Assembly: GCA_963674595.2 (NCBI GenBank)
Contig: CAXXFV010000008.1
Location: forward strand, 160,001 to 224,000
Direction: 5' to 3'
DNA length: 64,000 bases
Origin: a bacterium
GTDB taxonomy: Bacteria; Zhuqueibacterota; Zhuqueibacteria; Residuimicrobiales; Krinioviventaceae
The notes beneath the pieces were generated by a model that saw only the letters and a list, made by a program, of their open reading frames with translations, searched no databases and was not told the DNA's origin. Made by a program: the position numbers and the translations under genes. Numbering within the stretch: position 1 is the first letter of the stretch; the number at the start of each line of letters is the position of its first letter. This document shows positions 37,719 through 47,461 of the stretch, one piece after another.

Positions 37719-38915
37719 ATGAAAAAAGCCCAGTTTTCGGTGATGATGTTTATTGAGTTTTTTATCTGGGGTGCCTGGTATGTTACCGTTGCCAATTTTA
37801 TGGGTGAAATTGGTATGACGGAGTACATTTATTGGGCATTTACAGTTGGTCCTATAGCAGCAATTATTTCTCCGTTTTTCCTCGGTATGATTGCTGACAG
37901 GTATTTTGCGACAGAAAAGGTTTTGGGTGTGTTGCATATTCTTGGCGGTATCGCCATGTTTTGCGCACCGTTTGTATCCAATTCTCCTGTTTTGTTTATT
38001 GTTGCTCTTGGTTTGCACATGCTTTGTTATCAACCGACCATTGGTCTGGTAAATACGTTAACTTTTCATAATATTGAAAACCAGGAAAAAGAGTTTCCGT
38101 TTATCCGCATGTTTGGAACCATCGGTTGGATTGTTGCCGGTATTTTTGTTAGCGGTATTTTAGGTGCCGACAAAACAGCACTCCCACTCAAGGTTGCCGG
38201 AATTGCCGGTATTGTAATGGGTGTTTTCAGTTTTACTCTACCGCATACACCACCGCCTGCTGCCGGTAAAAAAGCCACTTTTCGTGAAATTATGGGTGTT
38301 GATGCCTTGAAACAACTCAGCAGCCGTCCTTTTAATGTTTTTATGATTAGTTCTTTGCTGATTTGTATCCCATTGGCAGCTTATTATTCCTATGCGCAAA
38401 CATACCTGACATCAGCAGGATTCGAAAAACCGGGATTCAGCCTGTCGTTCGGACAAATGTCTGAAGCAATATTTATCGTTATGCTGCCGTTCTTTTTCAA
38501 ACGTCTTGGCATTAAATGGACATTGTTTGTTGGAATGTTGGCCTGGGTATTAAGATATGCTCTTTTCTCTTTGGGCGCTGCCGACAGCGTCTTTTGGATG
38601 ATTATGTTCGGCGTTGTTTTGCATGGTATCTGTTATGACTTTTTCTTTGTTACCGGACAAATTTATGTCGATGAAAAAGCCACACCTGCTATTCGCGGTC
38701 AGGCTCAGGGTTTTGTGGTATTGGTAACCTATGGTATTGGAATGCTTATCGGTGCCCAGGTGACAGGATGGCTGTTTAACGGCATCGTAACCAATTCCGG
38801 TGCTGCGGCCTTGCCTCAATACAAAGTTTTCTGGATGATCCCCGCCGTTTTTGCTGCTGTTGTTATGCTGATTTTTGGTATATTTTTTAATGAAAAAAGA
38901 AAAACACAAGCTTGA
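37719..38915 (+). CDS. Nucleoside:H+ symporter-like MFS (NupG/XapB family)
   Basis: MMFIEFFIWGAW, GMIADRYF, FPFIRMFGTIGWI, GQMSE, LHGICYDFFFVTGQIYVD. Confidence 0.88.
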   Translation: MKKAQFSVMMFIEFFIWGAWYVTVANFMGEIGMTEYIYWAFTVGPIAAIISPFFLGMIADRYFATEKVLGVLHILGGIAMFCAPFVSNSPVLFIVALGLHMLCYQPTIGLVNTLTFHNIENQEKEFPFIRMFGTIGWIVAGIFVSGILGADKTALPLKVAGIAGIVMGVFSFTLPHTPPPAAGKKATFREIMGVDALKQLSSRPFNVFMISSLLICIPLAAYYSYAQTYLTSAGFEKPGFSLSFGQMSEAIFIVMLPFFFKRLGIKWTLFVGMLAWVLRYALFSLGAADSVFWMIMFGVVLHGICYDFFFVTGQIYVDEKATPAIRGQAQGFVVLVTYGIGMLIGAQVTGWLFNGIVTNSGAAALPQYKVFWMIPAVFAAVVMLIFGIFFNEKRKTQA

Positions 38916-38936
38916 TGTGTTTAAAATCATAAATTC

Positions 38937-38969
38937 AAGTGGGTTCGCATTGGTGGACCCACTTTTTTT
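38937..38969 (+). terminator. Rho-independent terminator
   Basis: AAGTGGGTTC...GGACCCACTT stem followed by a T tract. Confidence 0.75.
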
Positions 38970-38995
38970 GTTTATACACTTTATTGTTCTAAAAA

Positions 38996-39445
38996 ATGAT
39001 CGAAAAAATTGATAAATCCGTGCTTTTTAATGCCAAATCCTTTTTATGCTGGGATATTGACCAGCATTTAGCAATACAGCTTGTCCCTCTGCAAAAAAGT
39101 GTTGCCTACTTTTATCCCAAAGAAAATCAATACCACACGATTGTTGTTTTTTATGATGACACGTTGAATGACTTATGGGAGCCATTGTATTACTTGTTCC
39201 ATGAAGCCGGTCATTTATGTCAATATGACTATTATTCAAACTCGGGAAAAAAAGAAGAATTTGACGCTGATTTAAATTCAAAAAGTCAAACAAAGGTTGA
39301 TTTTGAACGTAAAGCATGGGAACATGGCGGTAGATTACTATCGGATTTTATTTTTAAATATTCTTACCAGGAATTAATTCATCTTGACGATTATTTCAAG
39401 TTTTCCGAAAAATGCATCGCATCCTATGCTGATAAAGAAAAATAA
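38996..39445 (+). CDS. Small HEXXH protein (ImmA/IrrE-like zincin)
   Basis: LFHEAGHLCQ followed by a distal E (FERKAWE). Confidence 0.6.
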   Translation: MIEKIDKSVLFNAKSFLCWDIDQHLAIQLVPLQKSVAYFYPKENQYHTIVVFYDDTLNDLWEPLYYLFHEAGHLCQYDYYSNSGKKEEFDADLNSKSQTKVDFERKAWEHGGRLLSDFIFKYSYQELIHLDDYFKFSEKCIASYADKEK

Positions 39446-39593
39446 TAACGGTTTTTTGTGAAAATTGCAGCAAAATCCATATAGATAAAAAAAATAATGA
39501 GATTAACAAAATTATTTGGTAAATTATTTGCTTATAAAAATAAAATAAAATTTTGATAGATCACTAACAATTCAAAGGAATAATAGTTTATAT

Positions 39594-41789
39594 ATGAAGG
39601 CATTTATCACGGAAAGAAATATAATTCAGATAAAAGATTTATCTGTACCCTCAAATGTTTCTAAAACGGATTTCCAAATTTCTAATAATAAAGTTCATAG
39701 TATAAACCTTTTTCAGGGTAATATTCAATTGGAAACGGATGAAATTGATTTGTCTCAAGAATATGAGGTTTTTTATAACAATCAATCCTGCATTGTCGAT
39801 GTTGATCCGTATTTGGATAATTTATACTCTGATAAACCGCTAGGTTGTCATTGGGATGACGAAAAAACAGTCTTTCGGGTTTTTGCTCCCCGTGCCTCTC
39901 AAATTACATTAGTCCTTTATGATGATCACAAAACAACCAGTGGTGACGAACATAGTATGACAATGGATGGTGACGGTGTTTGGGAATGTGAGGTGCCGGG
40001 TCAGTATATTGGAAAATATTATTCCTATCGGGTTGCCGGTCCCGAATATGATGCTGAAAAATTTGGACCCAATGCTGAAATTGCGGATCCCTATGCCCGT
40101 GCGGTTGTTACGAAAAATAATTATATGCACCCCGCACGTTCGGTCATTATCGACACCGGCAAGTACGACTGGCAGGGGGATACCTGGTTGAATTATCTGA
40201 AAAAAGATTTAATTATATATGAATGTCATTTACGTGATATGACCGCGCATCCGAGTTCAGGAAGTGATAAAAATATTGCCGGCACCTACAAAGGATTTAT
40301 TCAGCCGAATATAAAAGGCGGGTTAGAGTATATTAAATCCTTGGGTGTGAATGCTGTTGAATTTTTACCTATACAGGAATTTGGAGATATTGAAATTCCT
40401 TTTAGCAAACTGGTAAATGGTATGAAAAATACCTGGAATCCCTATGAAAAAAATCATTGGGGTTATATGACATCCTACTATTTTGCACCCGAGTCTTCCT
40501 TTTCAGCAAACCATGATGATGAATATCGGGGTATTCACGGAAACCAGGTTGACGAGTTTAAAGATATTGTCAAAATGTTGCATAAACAGGGGATTGCCGT
40601 CATTCTGGATGTTGTATTCAACCATGTTTCTCAATATGATTTGAATTGTTTTAAAATTTTGGATAAAAAATATTATTTCCGTCTGGATGAAAACGGGAAC
40701 TATATAGATACAAGCGGCTGCGGCAATGATTTTAAAACAGAGCGCCCCATGTCGCGACGGATGATTGTGGACAGTATAAAATATTGGATGACGGAATATC
40801 ATATCGATGGTTTTCGTTTTGATCTGGCAGCCATGATTGACTGGGACACGGTAAACGAAATTCGCAGACAAGCGCTTGAGGTAAACCCGGGTGTGATATT
40901 AATTGCCGAACCCTGGGGCGGCGGACATTATACTCCTTTTGAATTTTCTCAATATGGATGGGCTGCCTGGAATGATCAGATTCGCAACGGGGTTAAAGGT
41001 GCGCATCCGGAATATGGACAAAGTTTTATTTTTGGCAAGTGGTTTGAGTTTAATAATCTGGATACCATTCAAAGATATTATAACGGCAACCTGGCAAAGG
41101 ACGGCGGTTTATTCATTCAAAAAGAACATGCTGTTAATTATCTCGAATCTCATGACAATCATACGCTGGGAGATTTTATTCGAATTGGATTGGGAGAGGT
41201 TGCTGCAAATGAGAAAATAAAAGATAGAAATAAACATGCCCTGGTATCGGAGAACCAGTTAAAACTGAACAAGCTGGCTGCCCTGATTTTATTCACCTGT
41301 CAGGGAGGCGTTATGATCCATGAAGGGCAGGAGTTTGCCCGCAGTAAAGTCATCGCGCCTACAGACGTTCCGGATGAAAATGTCGGCAAAATCGATCACA
41401 ATAGCTATAATAAAGATAATGAAACCAACTGGATTAATTATGAACATGCCGAGTTAAATAACGGGTTGGTGGACTATTATCGGGGACTCGTTCTTTTACG
41501 AAAAACATATCCGGCATTTCGGGATACAATGAAATCGGATATAGAGTTTATCCGCACAAATAACCCTTTTTCTCTGGGTGTTTATATTAATAGATATAAA
41601 AACAGCGATAAAAGCGATTTTCTTGTATTGCTTAATACCAATCCAAACGAAGAAGCTGTGTTTGAATTGCCGGCCGGAAAATGGACGGTTCTTGCCGACC
41701 ATCAAGCCGCCGGTATTGTTCCCATCAGGATTGTCAATAAAGGGCCGATCAAAGTGGGTGCTTCATCCGGTATGATCCTTAAAAAATAA
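39594..41789 (+). CDS. pulA: Type I pullulanase / glycogen debranching enzyme (GH13 with CBM48)
   Basis: FRVFAPRA, ADPYARA, IYECHLRD, NHWGY, LDVVFNH, DGFRFDLA, IAEPW, YLESHDN, HNSYN. Confidence 0.88.
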   Translation: MKAFITERNIIQIKDLSVPSNVSKTDFQISNNKVHSINLFQGNIQLETDEIDLSQEYEVFYNNQSCIVDVDPYLDNLYSDKPLGCHWDDEKTVFRVFAPRASQITLVLYDDHKTTSGDEHSMTMDGDGVWECEVPGQYIGKYYSYRVAGPEYDAEKFGPNAEIADPYARAVVTKNNYMHPARSVIIDTGKYDWQGDTWLNYLKKDLIIYECHLRDMTAHPSSGSDKNIAGTYKGFIQPNIKGGLEYIKSLGVNAVEFLPIQEFGDIEIPFSKLVNGMKNTWNPYEKNHWGYMTSYYFAPESSFSANHDDEYRGIHGNQVDEFKDIVKMLHKQGIAVILDVVFNHVSQYDLNCFKILDKKYYFRLDENGNYIDTSGCGNDFKTERPMSRRMIVDSIKYWMTEYHIDGFRFDLAAMIDWDTVNEIRRQALEVNPGVILIAEPWGGGHYTPFEFSQYGWAAWNDQIRNGVKGAHPEYGQSFIFGKWFEFNNLDTIQRYYNGNLAKDGGLFIQKEHAVNYLESHDNHTLGDFIRIGLGEVAANEKIKDRNKHALVSENQLKLNKLAALILFTCQGGVMIHEGQEFARSKVIAPTDVPDENVGKIDHNSYNKDNETNWINYEHAELNNGLVDYYRGLVLLRKTYPAFRDTMKSDIEFIRTNNPFSLGVYINRYKNSDKSDFLVLLNTNPNEEAVFELPAGKWTVLADHQAAGIVPIRIVNKGPIKVGASSGMILKK

Positions 41790-41799
41790 ACATTTTGTC

Positions 41800-41822
41800 A
41801 AGCCTGTTTTCAGGCTTTTTTT
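41800..41822 (+). terminator. Rho-independent terminator after pulA
   Basis: AAGCCTG-TTTT-CAGGCTT plus T tract. Confidence 0.75.
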
Positions 41823-41823
41823 A

Positions 41824-41852
41824 TTGCTTTCCTGCTTATGATTTATTAGCTT
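41824..41852 (+). promoter_or_regulatory. Candidate sigma70 promoter for the Fe-ADH operon
   Basis: TTGCTT-N17-TAGCTT. Confidence 0.4.
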
Positions 41853-41885
41853 TTTACTCAATAATTTTGATTTTTTAAGAATGGA

Positions 41886-43046
41886 ATGTCAATGGATTTT
41901 TCTTTTTATTCTGCCGGTGAAATTATTTTTGGCAGCGGCCGCATCCAGGACCTGGAAAGTTTGATACGACGTTTTGGCTCCAGGGCGCTTATTGTAACAA
42001 GAGGAAAAAGCCTGGATCAGTCGGGGACATTGAAAAATATTTCAACACAGTTGGAAAATGCCGGGATAACTTTTGAAATAATAAATTTTAAAAGTGGCGA
42101 GCCGGTCGTTTCTGATATTGATAAGGGTGCTGATGCAGCCGGAAGACAGAAACCGGACGTTGTTATCGGTATTGGTGGCGGAAGTGCGTTGGACACCGGC
42201 AAAGCCATTTCCGGAATGGCCACAAATCCGGGCTCTGTCATGGATTACCTGGAAGGAGTCGGCAAAGGCCTTACGCTGAAAGAAAAATCCATTCCCTATA
42301 TTGCCGTACCAACGACCGCCGGTACAGGAACCGAGGTGACTAAAAACGCTGTTATATCGTCAGTAGAAGGGCGTTATAAAAAAAGTATTCGCAGTCCATT
42401 GTTGATTCCTGATATTGCTTTGTTGGACCCGGATTTGACGCTATCTCTGCCGTCTCAGGTTACGGCAGAAACCGGTATGGATGCACTGACGCAACTTGTT
42501 GAGGCCTATGTTTCGCGTAAAGCACAGCCCATTCCCCAGGCTTTGTCGATTTATGGAATCGGACTGGTTGGAAAATTTTTAAAACAATCTGTGTTTTCCG
42601 GCTCCGATGTTAAAGCCCGTGAAGGTATGTTATTGGCAAGTCTTTTAAGTGGTCTTGCTCTTGCAAATTCCGGTTTGGGCGGGGTTCACGGTATTGCCGC
42701 TGCTTTGGGTGCTGTTTGTCAGGTCTCGCATGGACGCGCATGTGCCATGCTGCTGCCCTGGGTGATGAAAGAAAATTTGTCCTCTTGTCAAAAAGGATAT
42801 GCTGAAATCGGAAGCGCTCTGTTTGGGATCACTGATAATGATGAAAAACTAGCTGCTGACATGACTGTTGATAAAGTAAAAGAACTTGTTCATTCTATCG
42901 GAATCCCCGAAAAGTTTGGTCCCGGTGAAATAGACGAAAATGATATTCCTGAACTTGTTAAAGGTTCGCAGGGTTCAAGTATGAAAGGGAATCCTGTTGA
43001 TTTATCGGACGCAACAATTGAAAAAATTTTAAGGCAGTTGATATAA
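41886..43046 (+). CDS. Iron-containing alcohol dehydrogenase
   Basis: GIGGGSALDTGKA, PTTAGTGTEVT, GMDALTQLVE, GLGGVHG, HGRAC. Confidence 0.92.
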   Translation: MSMDFSFYSAGEIIFGSGRIQDLESLIRRFGSRALIVTRGKSLDQSGTLKNISTQLENAGITFEIINFKSGEPVVSDIDKGADAAGRQKPDVVIGIGGGSALDTGKAISGMATNPGSVMDYLEGVGKGLTLKEKSIPYIAVPTTAGTGTEVTKNAVISSVEGRYKKSIRSPLLIPDIALLDPDLTLSLPSQVTAETGMDALTQLVEAYVSRKAQPIPQALSIYGIGLVGKFLKQSVFSGSDVKAREGMLLASLLSGLALANSGLGGVHGIAAALGAVCQVSHGRACAMLLPWVMKENLSSCQKGYAEIGSALFGITDNDEKLAADMTVDKVKELVHSIGIPEKFGPGEIDENDIPELVKGSQGSSMKGNPVDLSDATIEKILRQLI

Positions 43047-43080
43047 TGATTTTATACTCAAAAGAAAGTAAACGACTATT

Positions 43081-44229
43081 ATGAACGTAGTAGAATTAAC
43101 ACAGAGCCTGATAAAAATAAATTCAATTAATCCAAAATCATCATCGTTAACAATAGCCGCTGATGGTGAAAAGAATATAGCTGAATTTATTGAATCCTAT
43201 TTAAAACCTCATGGATTTGAAACAGAATTTTTATATGTCGAAAAAGACCGGCCTAATATCATTATACGGCATAAATCTTTTGATGAAAAATTGCCGACTG
43301 TCGCTTTGGAAGCGCATTTGGACACCGTTGATGTGGATTCCATGACCATAGAACCCTTTGAGGGTTTTATTAAACAAGGCAAGTTATGGGGACGTGGCGC
43401 TTGTGATGTCAAGGGAACAATGGCGGCAATGCTTACGAGTTTATTGAATTGGTATAAAAGTGAAACAAACAACGTGTTTAATGTTATCTTTATCGGCACA
43501 ATGGGTGAAGAGGCCGGCACCCTTGGTTCTATGAAAATTGCCCATTCTAATCTCCCGCTCAATATGGTGTTAGTGGGAGAACCCACCTCATTGCGACCGG
43601 TTATCGGGCACAAGGGATTATGGCGGTTCGCACTTGAAGCGATTGGCAAAGCTTGCCATTCATCAAGACCGGAACAGGGCATTAATGCCATAGACATTAT
43701 GATGGATATTTATAATCTGCTAAAATCGCAGACCATACCGGATTTTGAAAAAAAACATGGTAATACGATGAATATTACCAATATTCAGGGTGGTTCCACC
43801 ATAAATATAATACCCGATTTGTGTCGTTTACAAGTTGATTCCCGCTATGTGCCCGACACGGATATTGTCGCTCATCGTGAAAAACTTGTACATTCGCTTG
43901 AATTTATGTCCGGCGGCATAAAGAGAAATATCCAGTTTCAAGAGTTGGAAAATCATCCTGCTTTTCATGCACGAAAAGAATCTCATTTATTAAACCTTTT
44001 GGAAAATTCTTTATTTGTGTTGATGGTCGATGCCAAACCAAAATTTGAAACATGGTATTCCGATGCCGGACATTTTTCCTCTGCAAATTATGATACAATA
44101 GTTTGGGGAGCGGGCAGTATCACTCAGGCACATACGGCTGATGAATTTATTGCTGTTGATCAACTGGATAGAGCTGTTTTGGTATTGGACGAATTTTTAA
44201 AAAATTGTCACCGTTTTTATTCGAAATGA
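43081..44229 (+). CDS. M20 family metallopeptidase/deacylase (ArgE/DapE-like)
   Basis: EAHLDTV, GRGACDVKG, GEE, VGEPT, HKG, AHTADEF. Confidence 0.9.
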   Translation: MNVVELTQSLIKINSINPKSSSLTIAADGEKNIAEFIESYLKPHGFETEFLYVEKDRPNIIIRHKSFDEKLPTVALEAHLDTVDVDSMTIEPFEGFIKQGKLWGRGACDVKGTMAAMLTSLLNWYKSETNNVFNVIFIGTMGEEAGTLGSMKIAHSNLPLNMVLVGEPTSLRPVIGHKGLWRFALEAIGKACHSSRPEQGINAIDIMMDIYNLLKSQTIPDFEKKHGNTMNITNIQGGSTINIIPDLCRLQVDSRYVPDTDIVAHREKLVHSLEFMSGGIKRNIQFQELENHPAFHARKESHLLNLLENSLFVLMVDAKPKFETWYSDAGHFSSANYDTIVWGAGSITQAHTADEFIAVDQLDRAVLVLDEFLKNCHRFYSK

Positions 44230-44247
44230 TTTTTAAAGGAGATAGGA

Positions 44248-45510
44248 GTGACTGTTAAACCTCTTAGTTCCATTCTTATAAAACCTGCCGGTCCTGACTG
44301 TAATTTGGCATGTCGTTATTGTTTTTATTTAAAAAAGTCAGAAATGTTTTCGGAATTGAAAACGCATCGGATGAGTGATGATGTTTTAAAAGAAACTGTA
44401 AAACAAATGATGCGGGACGGTGAACAGCAGGTTGCCTTTGGCTGGCAGGGTGGAGAACCGACATTGATGGGACGAAAATTTTTTGAAAGCGCCGTACAGT
44501 ATCAGCAAAAATTCGGAAGGCCGGGCCAGTCGGTTGGTAATGGTTTGCAGACAAACGGAATTCTCATTGATCAGGACTGGGCGCTTTTTTTAAGAGATAC
44601 CAATTTTCTGGTTGGTCTGTCATTGGACGGCCCGCAGCACATTCACGACAAATACCGTAATTTCCCAAGCGGAAAATCAAGCTGGGAACGTGTTGCAAAA
44701 GCCAGGGACATTATGCTGGACCACGATGTTCAGGTCAATGCTCTGGTTGTTGTTAACGACTATTCTGTTAATTATGCGCGGGAAATATATCAATATCACA
44801 AAAATAGCGGGCTTGTCTTTATGCAGTTTATTCCGTGCGTTGAGCCGGATATGGATGATCCATCACAAGCAATGGATTTTTCTGTTTCTGCAGAGGGCTT
44901 TGGCCGGTTTTTATGTGAATTGTTTGATCTTTGGTTGGCTGATTTTCGCTATGGACAGCCAACCACTTCCATACGCTGGTTTGATTCTGTTTTTTATTCC
45001 TATGTGGACATGGCTGCCCCGGAATGTACCCTGACACAAGAGTGCGGGATTTATGTGGTGGTAGAACATAATGGTGATGTTTATTCCTGTGATTTTTTTG
45101 TTGATCCCAAATGGCATTTGGGAAATGTGATGGATAGTTCTTTAACAGATATGCTGAACTCACCCCTGCAAACAACTTTTGGGCAGGTTAAATCAAGCCT
45201 TCCCAATGAATGTGTTGAATGCAAATGGTTGAAACACTGTCGCGGAGGGTGCCCAAAGGACAGGCTGGCCGATCAACGTGACAAGGGTTCCAATCATTTT
45301 TGCCAATCCTATAAAATGTTTTTTGAACACGCAGATGAACGGCTGAAAAGAATAGCCGAAAACTGGAAGAAAGAACATGGGATAATACCTAAACAGGAAG
45401 AAAAGGATAAGGAAGGTGATAGTACTGTTTACCACAATGTCGACCGCAATGATCCCTGTCCGTGCGGGAGTGGAAAAAAATATAAAAAATGCTGCGGTCG
45501 AAATAGTTGA
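44248..45510 (+). CDS. Anaerobic sulfatase-maturating radical SAM/SPASM enzyme with C-terminal SEC-C motif
   Basis: IKPAGPDCNLACRYCFY, WQGGEPTLMG, EHNGDVYSCD, CKWLKHCRGGCPK, RNDPCPCGSGKKYKKCC. Confidence 0.92.
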   Translation: MTVKPLSSILIKPAGPDCNLACRYCFYLKKSEMFSELKTHRMSDDVLKETVKQMMRDGEQQVAFGWQGGEPTLMGRKFFESAVQYQQKFGRPGQSVGNGLQTNGILIDQDWALFLRDTNFLVGLSLDGPQHIHDKYRNFPSGKSSWERVAKARDIMLDHDVQVNALVVVNDYSVNYAREIYQYHKNSGLVFMQFIPCVEPDMDDPSQAMDFSVSAEGFGRFLCELFDLWLADFRYGQPTTSIRWFDSVFYSYVDMAAPECTLTQECGIYVVVEHNGDVYSCDFFVDPKWHLGNVMDSSLTDMLNSPLQTTFGQVKSSLPNECVECKWLKHCRGGCPKDRLADQRDKGSNHFCQSYKMFFEHADERLKRIAENWKKEHGIIPKQEEKDKEGDSTVYHNVDRNDPCPCGSGKKYKKCCGRNS

Positions 45511-45526
45511 TTAAGAACAGGAAAAA

Positions 45527-46687
45527 ATGACGATAAAGAATAAGATCACCTCTTTACAGGGCCTTGATTATAATAACGGAAAATCCATCCATCTTCAAAT
45601 TGAAGGTGCTTATATATCTGAAATCAGGGAATGCAATAGCGATGATAACCGAAATATCTATATTGCTCCCGGCCTTTATGATAATCAGGTGAATGGATTT
45701 TATAATGTAGATTTTTCCGGCGAAGGATTGTCTGTTGAGAAAGTTATGGCCGCAACAGAAGCCTTGTGGCGTGTTGGTGTGACCAGCTATTTGCCGACGT
45801 TGGTAACTTCTCCAATGTATTTATTACATGAAAATTTGACCTGTTTGGCAAAGGCCCTGGAATATAAAGAATTTGCATGGAGTATACCCGGATTCCATCT
45901 TGAAGGGCCTTATATTTCACCGGAATATGGTTGTCGCGGTGCGCACCCGCCCCAATTTATCCAAAAACCGAATGTGGATGAGTTTGTCTCTTTGAACAAG
46001 TCTTCCAATCAGAATATAATTCAACTGTCGTTGGCGCCTGAATGCGACGGTTCTTTTGAGTTGATAAATTATGCTTTTGAAAACAATATTGTCGTCGGTC
46101 TGGCCCATCATAATGCTTCTTTAGAAACGATACAAAATGCGGTTAAAGCCGGTGTGCTCATTTCCATTCATCTGGGAAATGGGAGCCCTAAAGCAGATAA
46201 CATGCATCATCATGTAATATGGCCTCAACTGGCCGATGATAACCTGTGGGCAAGCGTTATTGCTGACGGGATCCATTTAAGTAAGGAAGAGCTGAACGTT
46301 TTTTTTCGGACAAAGGGGCCGCAACGTTTAATACTAACTTCTGATGTGACGCGTTTGGCCGGTATGCCGCCCGGGGAGTATGATAAAAACGGTGCCCGGA
46401 TCGTTTTGGATGAGCATGGTGTAATTTACATGCCAGGCCAAAACAAGCTTGCCGGGGCTGCCATTCCTTTAATAAAAGGGGTGGAAAATATAATGGATTA
46501 TACCGGGTGTTCTTTAAAAACTGCTTTTCAAATGTCAAGTTTGAATCCTGCCATGTTATATGGCTGTAACGATCGTGGAGAGATTGCACCAAACAAACGG
46601 GCCGATTTGATTGTTTTTACATTTGAAAATGGTAAAATTGATATTTTACAGACTATAGTAGCCGGCTCTGTCGTGTATGAAAAATAA
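45527..46687 (+). CDS. nagA: N-acetylglucosamine-6-phosphate deacetylase family amidohydrolase
   Basis: PGLYDNQVNG, GFHLEGPYIS, GAHP, HLGNG, IADGIHL, LTSD, LAGA. Confidence 0.82.
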   Translation: MTIKNKITSLQGLDYNNGKSIHLQIEGAYISEIRECNSDDNRNIYIAPGLYDNQVNGFYNVDFSGEGLSVEKVMAATEALWRVGVTSYLPTLVTSPMYLLHENLTCLAKALEYKEFAWSIPGFHLEGPYISPEYGCRGAHPPQFIQKPNVDEFVSLNKSSNQNIIQLSLAPECDGSFELINYAFENNIVVGLAHHNASLETIQNAVKAGVLISIHLGNGSPKADNMHHHVIWPQLADDNLWASVIADGIHLSKEELNVFFRTKGPQRLILTSDVTRLAGMPPGEYDKNGARIVLDEHGVIYMPGQNKLAGAAIPLIKGVENIMDYTGCSLKTAFQMSSLNPAMLYGCNDRGEIAPNKRADLIVFTFENGKIDILQTIVAGSVVYEK

Positions 46688-47408
46688 ATTATCTGATATG
46701 AAATTTTTAATCCTTCAGCAACAGCCGTTTGTAACACCCGGTGGCATAAGCAAATGGCTGCAGAGTCATTCCCATGAATATTTTATAACTCATTTGTATC
46801 AGGATATGGACCTTCCGGCTTTGGATTCATTTGATGTTCTTTTGGTTTTAGGCGGGACCATGAATGTTTACGAAGAACAAAAATACCCTTGGCTTGTTTC
46901 TGAGAAAATGTTCATTGAAAAGGCCGTTAAAAAAGAAAAGTGTGTTTTGGGAATTTGTCTCGGTGCTCAGATTTTAGCTGATGTGCTTGGCGCCAGGGTA
47001 CGGCAAAATGAACACTTGGAAATCGGTTGGCATACACTTGCTCTGGAACCTGATGTTAAAGAACAAAAACACTGGCAGGATTTTCCAAATGAGTTTGAAA
47101 CGTTTCTGTGGCACCAGGATACGTTTGATCTGCCGGAAAACAGTATCCGGTTTGCTAAAAGTATGGGTTGTGAAAATCAGGGATTTATATTTGACCAGCG
47201 AGTTGTCGGATTGCAATTCCATCCGGAAGAAACTTTGGAAGGTTATTTGGGGCTATTGAAAAGATATCCGTTTGTTGAAAATCCCCCTTTTGTTCAATCT
47301 CCTAAAAGTATATCAGAAAATCGAAAAAAGTTTGAAACGAATTATACCCTGTTATCAAAAATATTAGATAATATAACCAACATTGCCATTAATAGGCAGG
47401 TTAAATAA
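46677..47408 (+). CDS. Type 1 glutamine amidotransferase (GuaA-like stand-alone)
   Basis: LGGTMNVYEE, LGICLGAQ, WHQD, GLQFHPE. Confidence 0.9.
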   Translation: MKNKLSDMKFLILQQQPFVTPGGISKWLQSHSHEYFITHLYQDMDLPALDSFDVLLVLGGTMNVYEEQKYPWLVSEKMFIEKAVKKEKCVLGICLGAQILADVLGARVRQNEHLEIGWHTLALEPDVKEQKHWQDFPNEFETFLWHQDTFDLPENSIRFAKSMGCENQGFIFDQRVVGLQFHPEETLEGYLGLLKRYPFVENPPFVQSPKSISENRKKFETNYTLLSKILDNITNIAINRQVK

Positions 47409-47461
47409 AGGTATAGTTTAATATGTTTTTATAAAGAATTTGTCTTTATCAAAATAACAGA

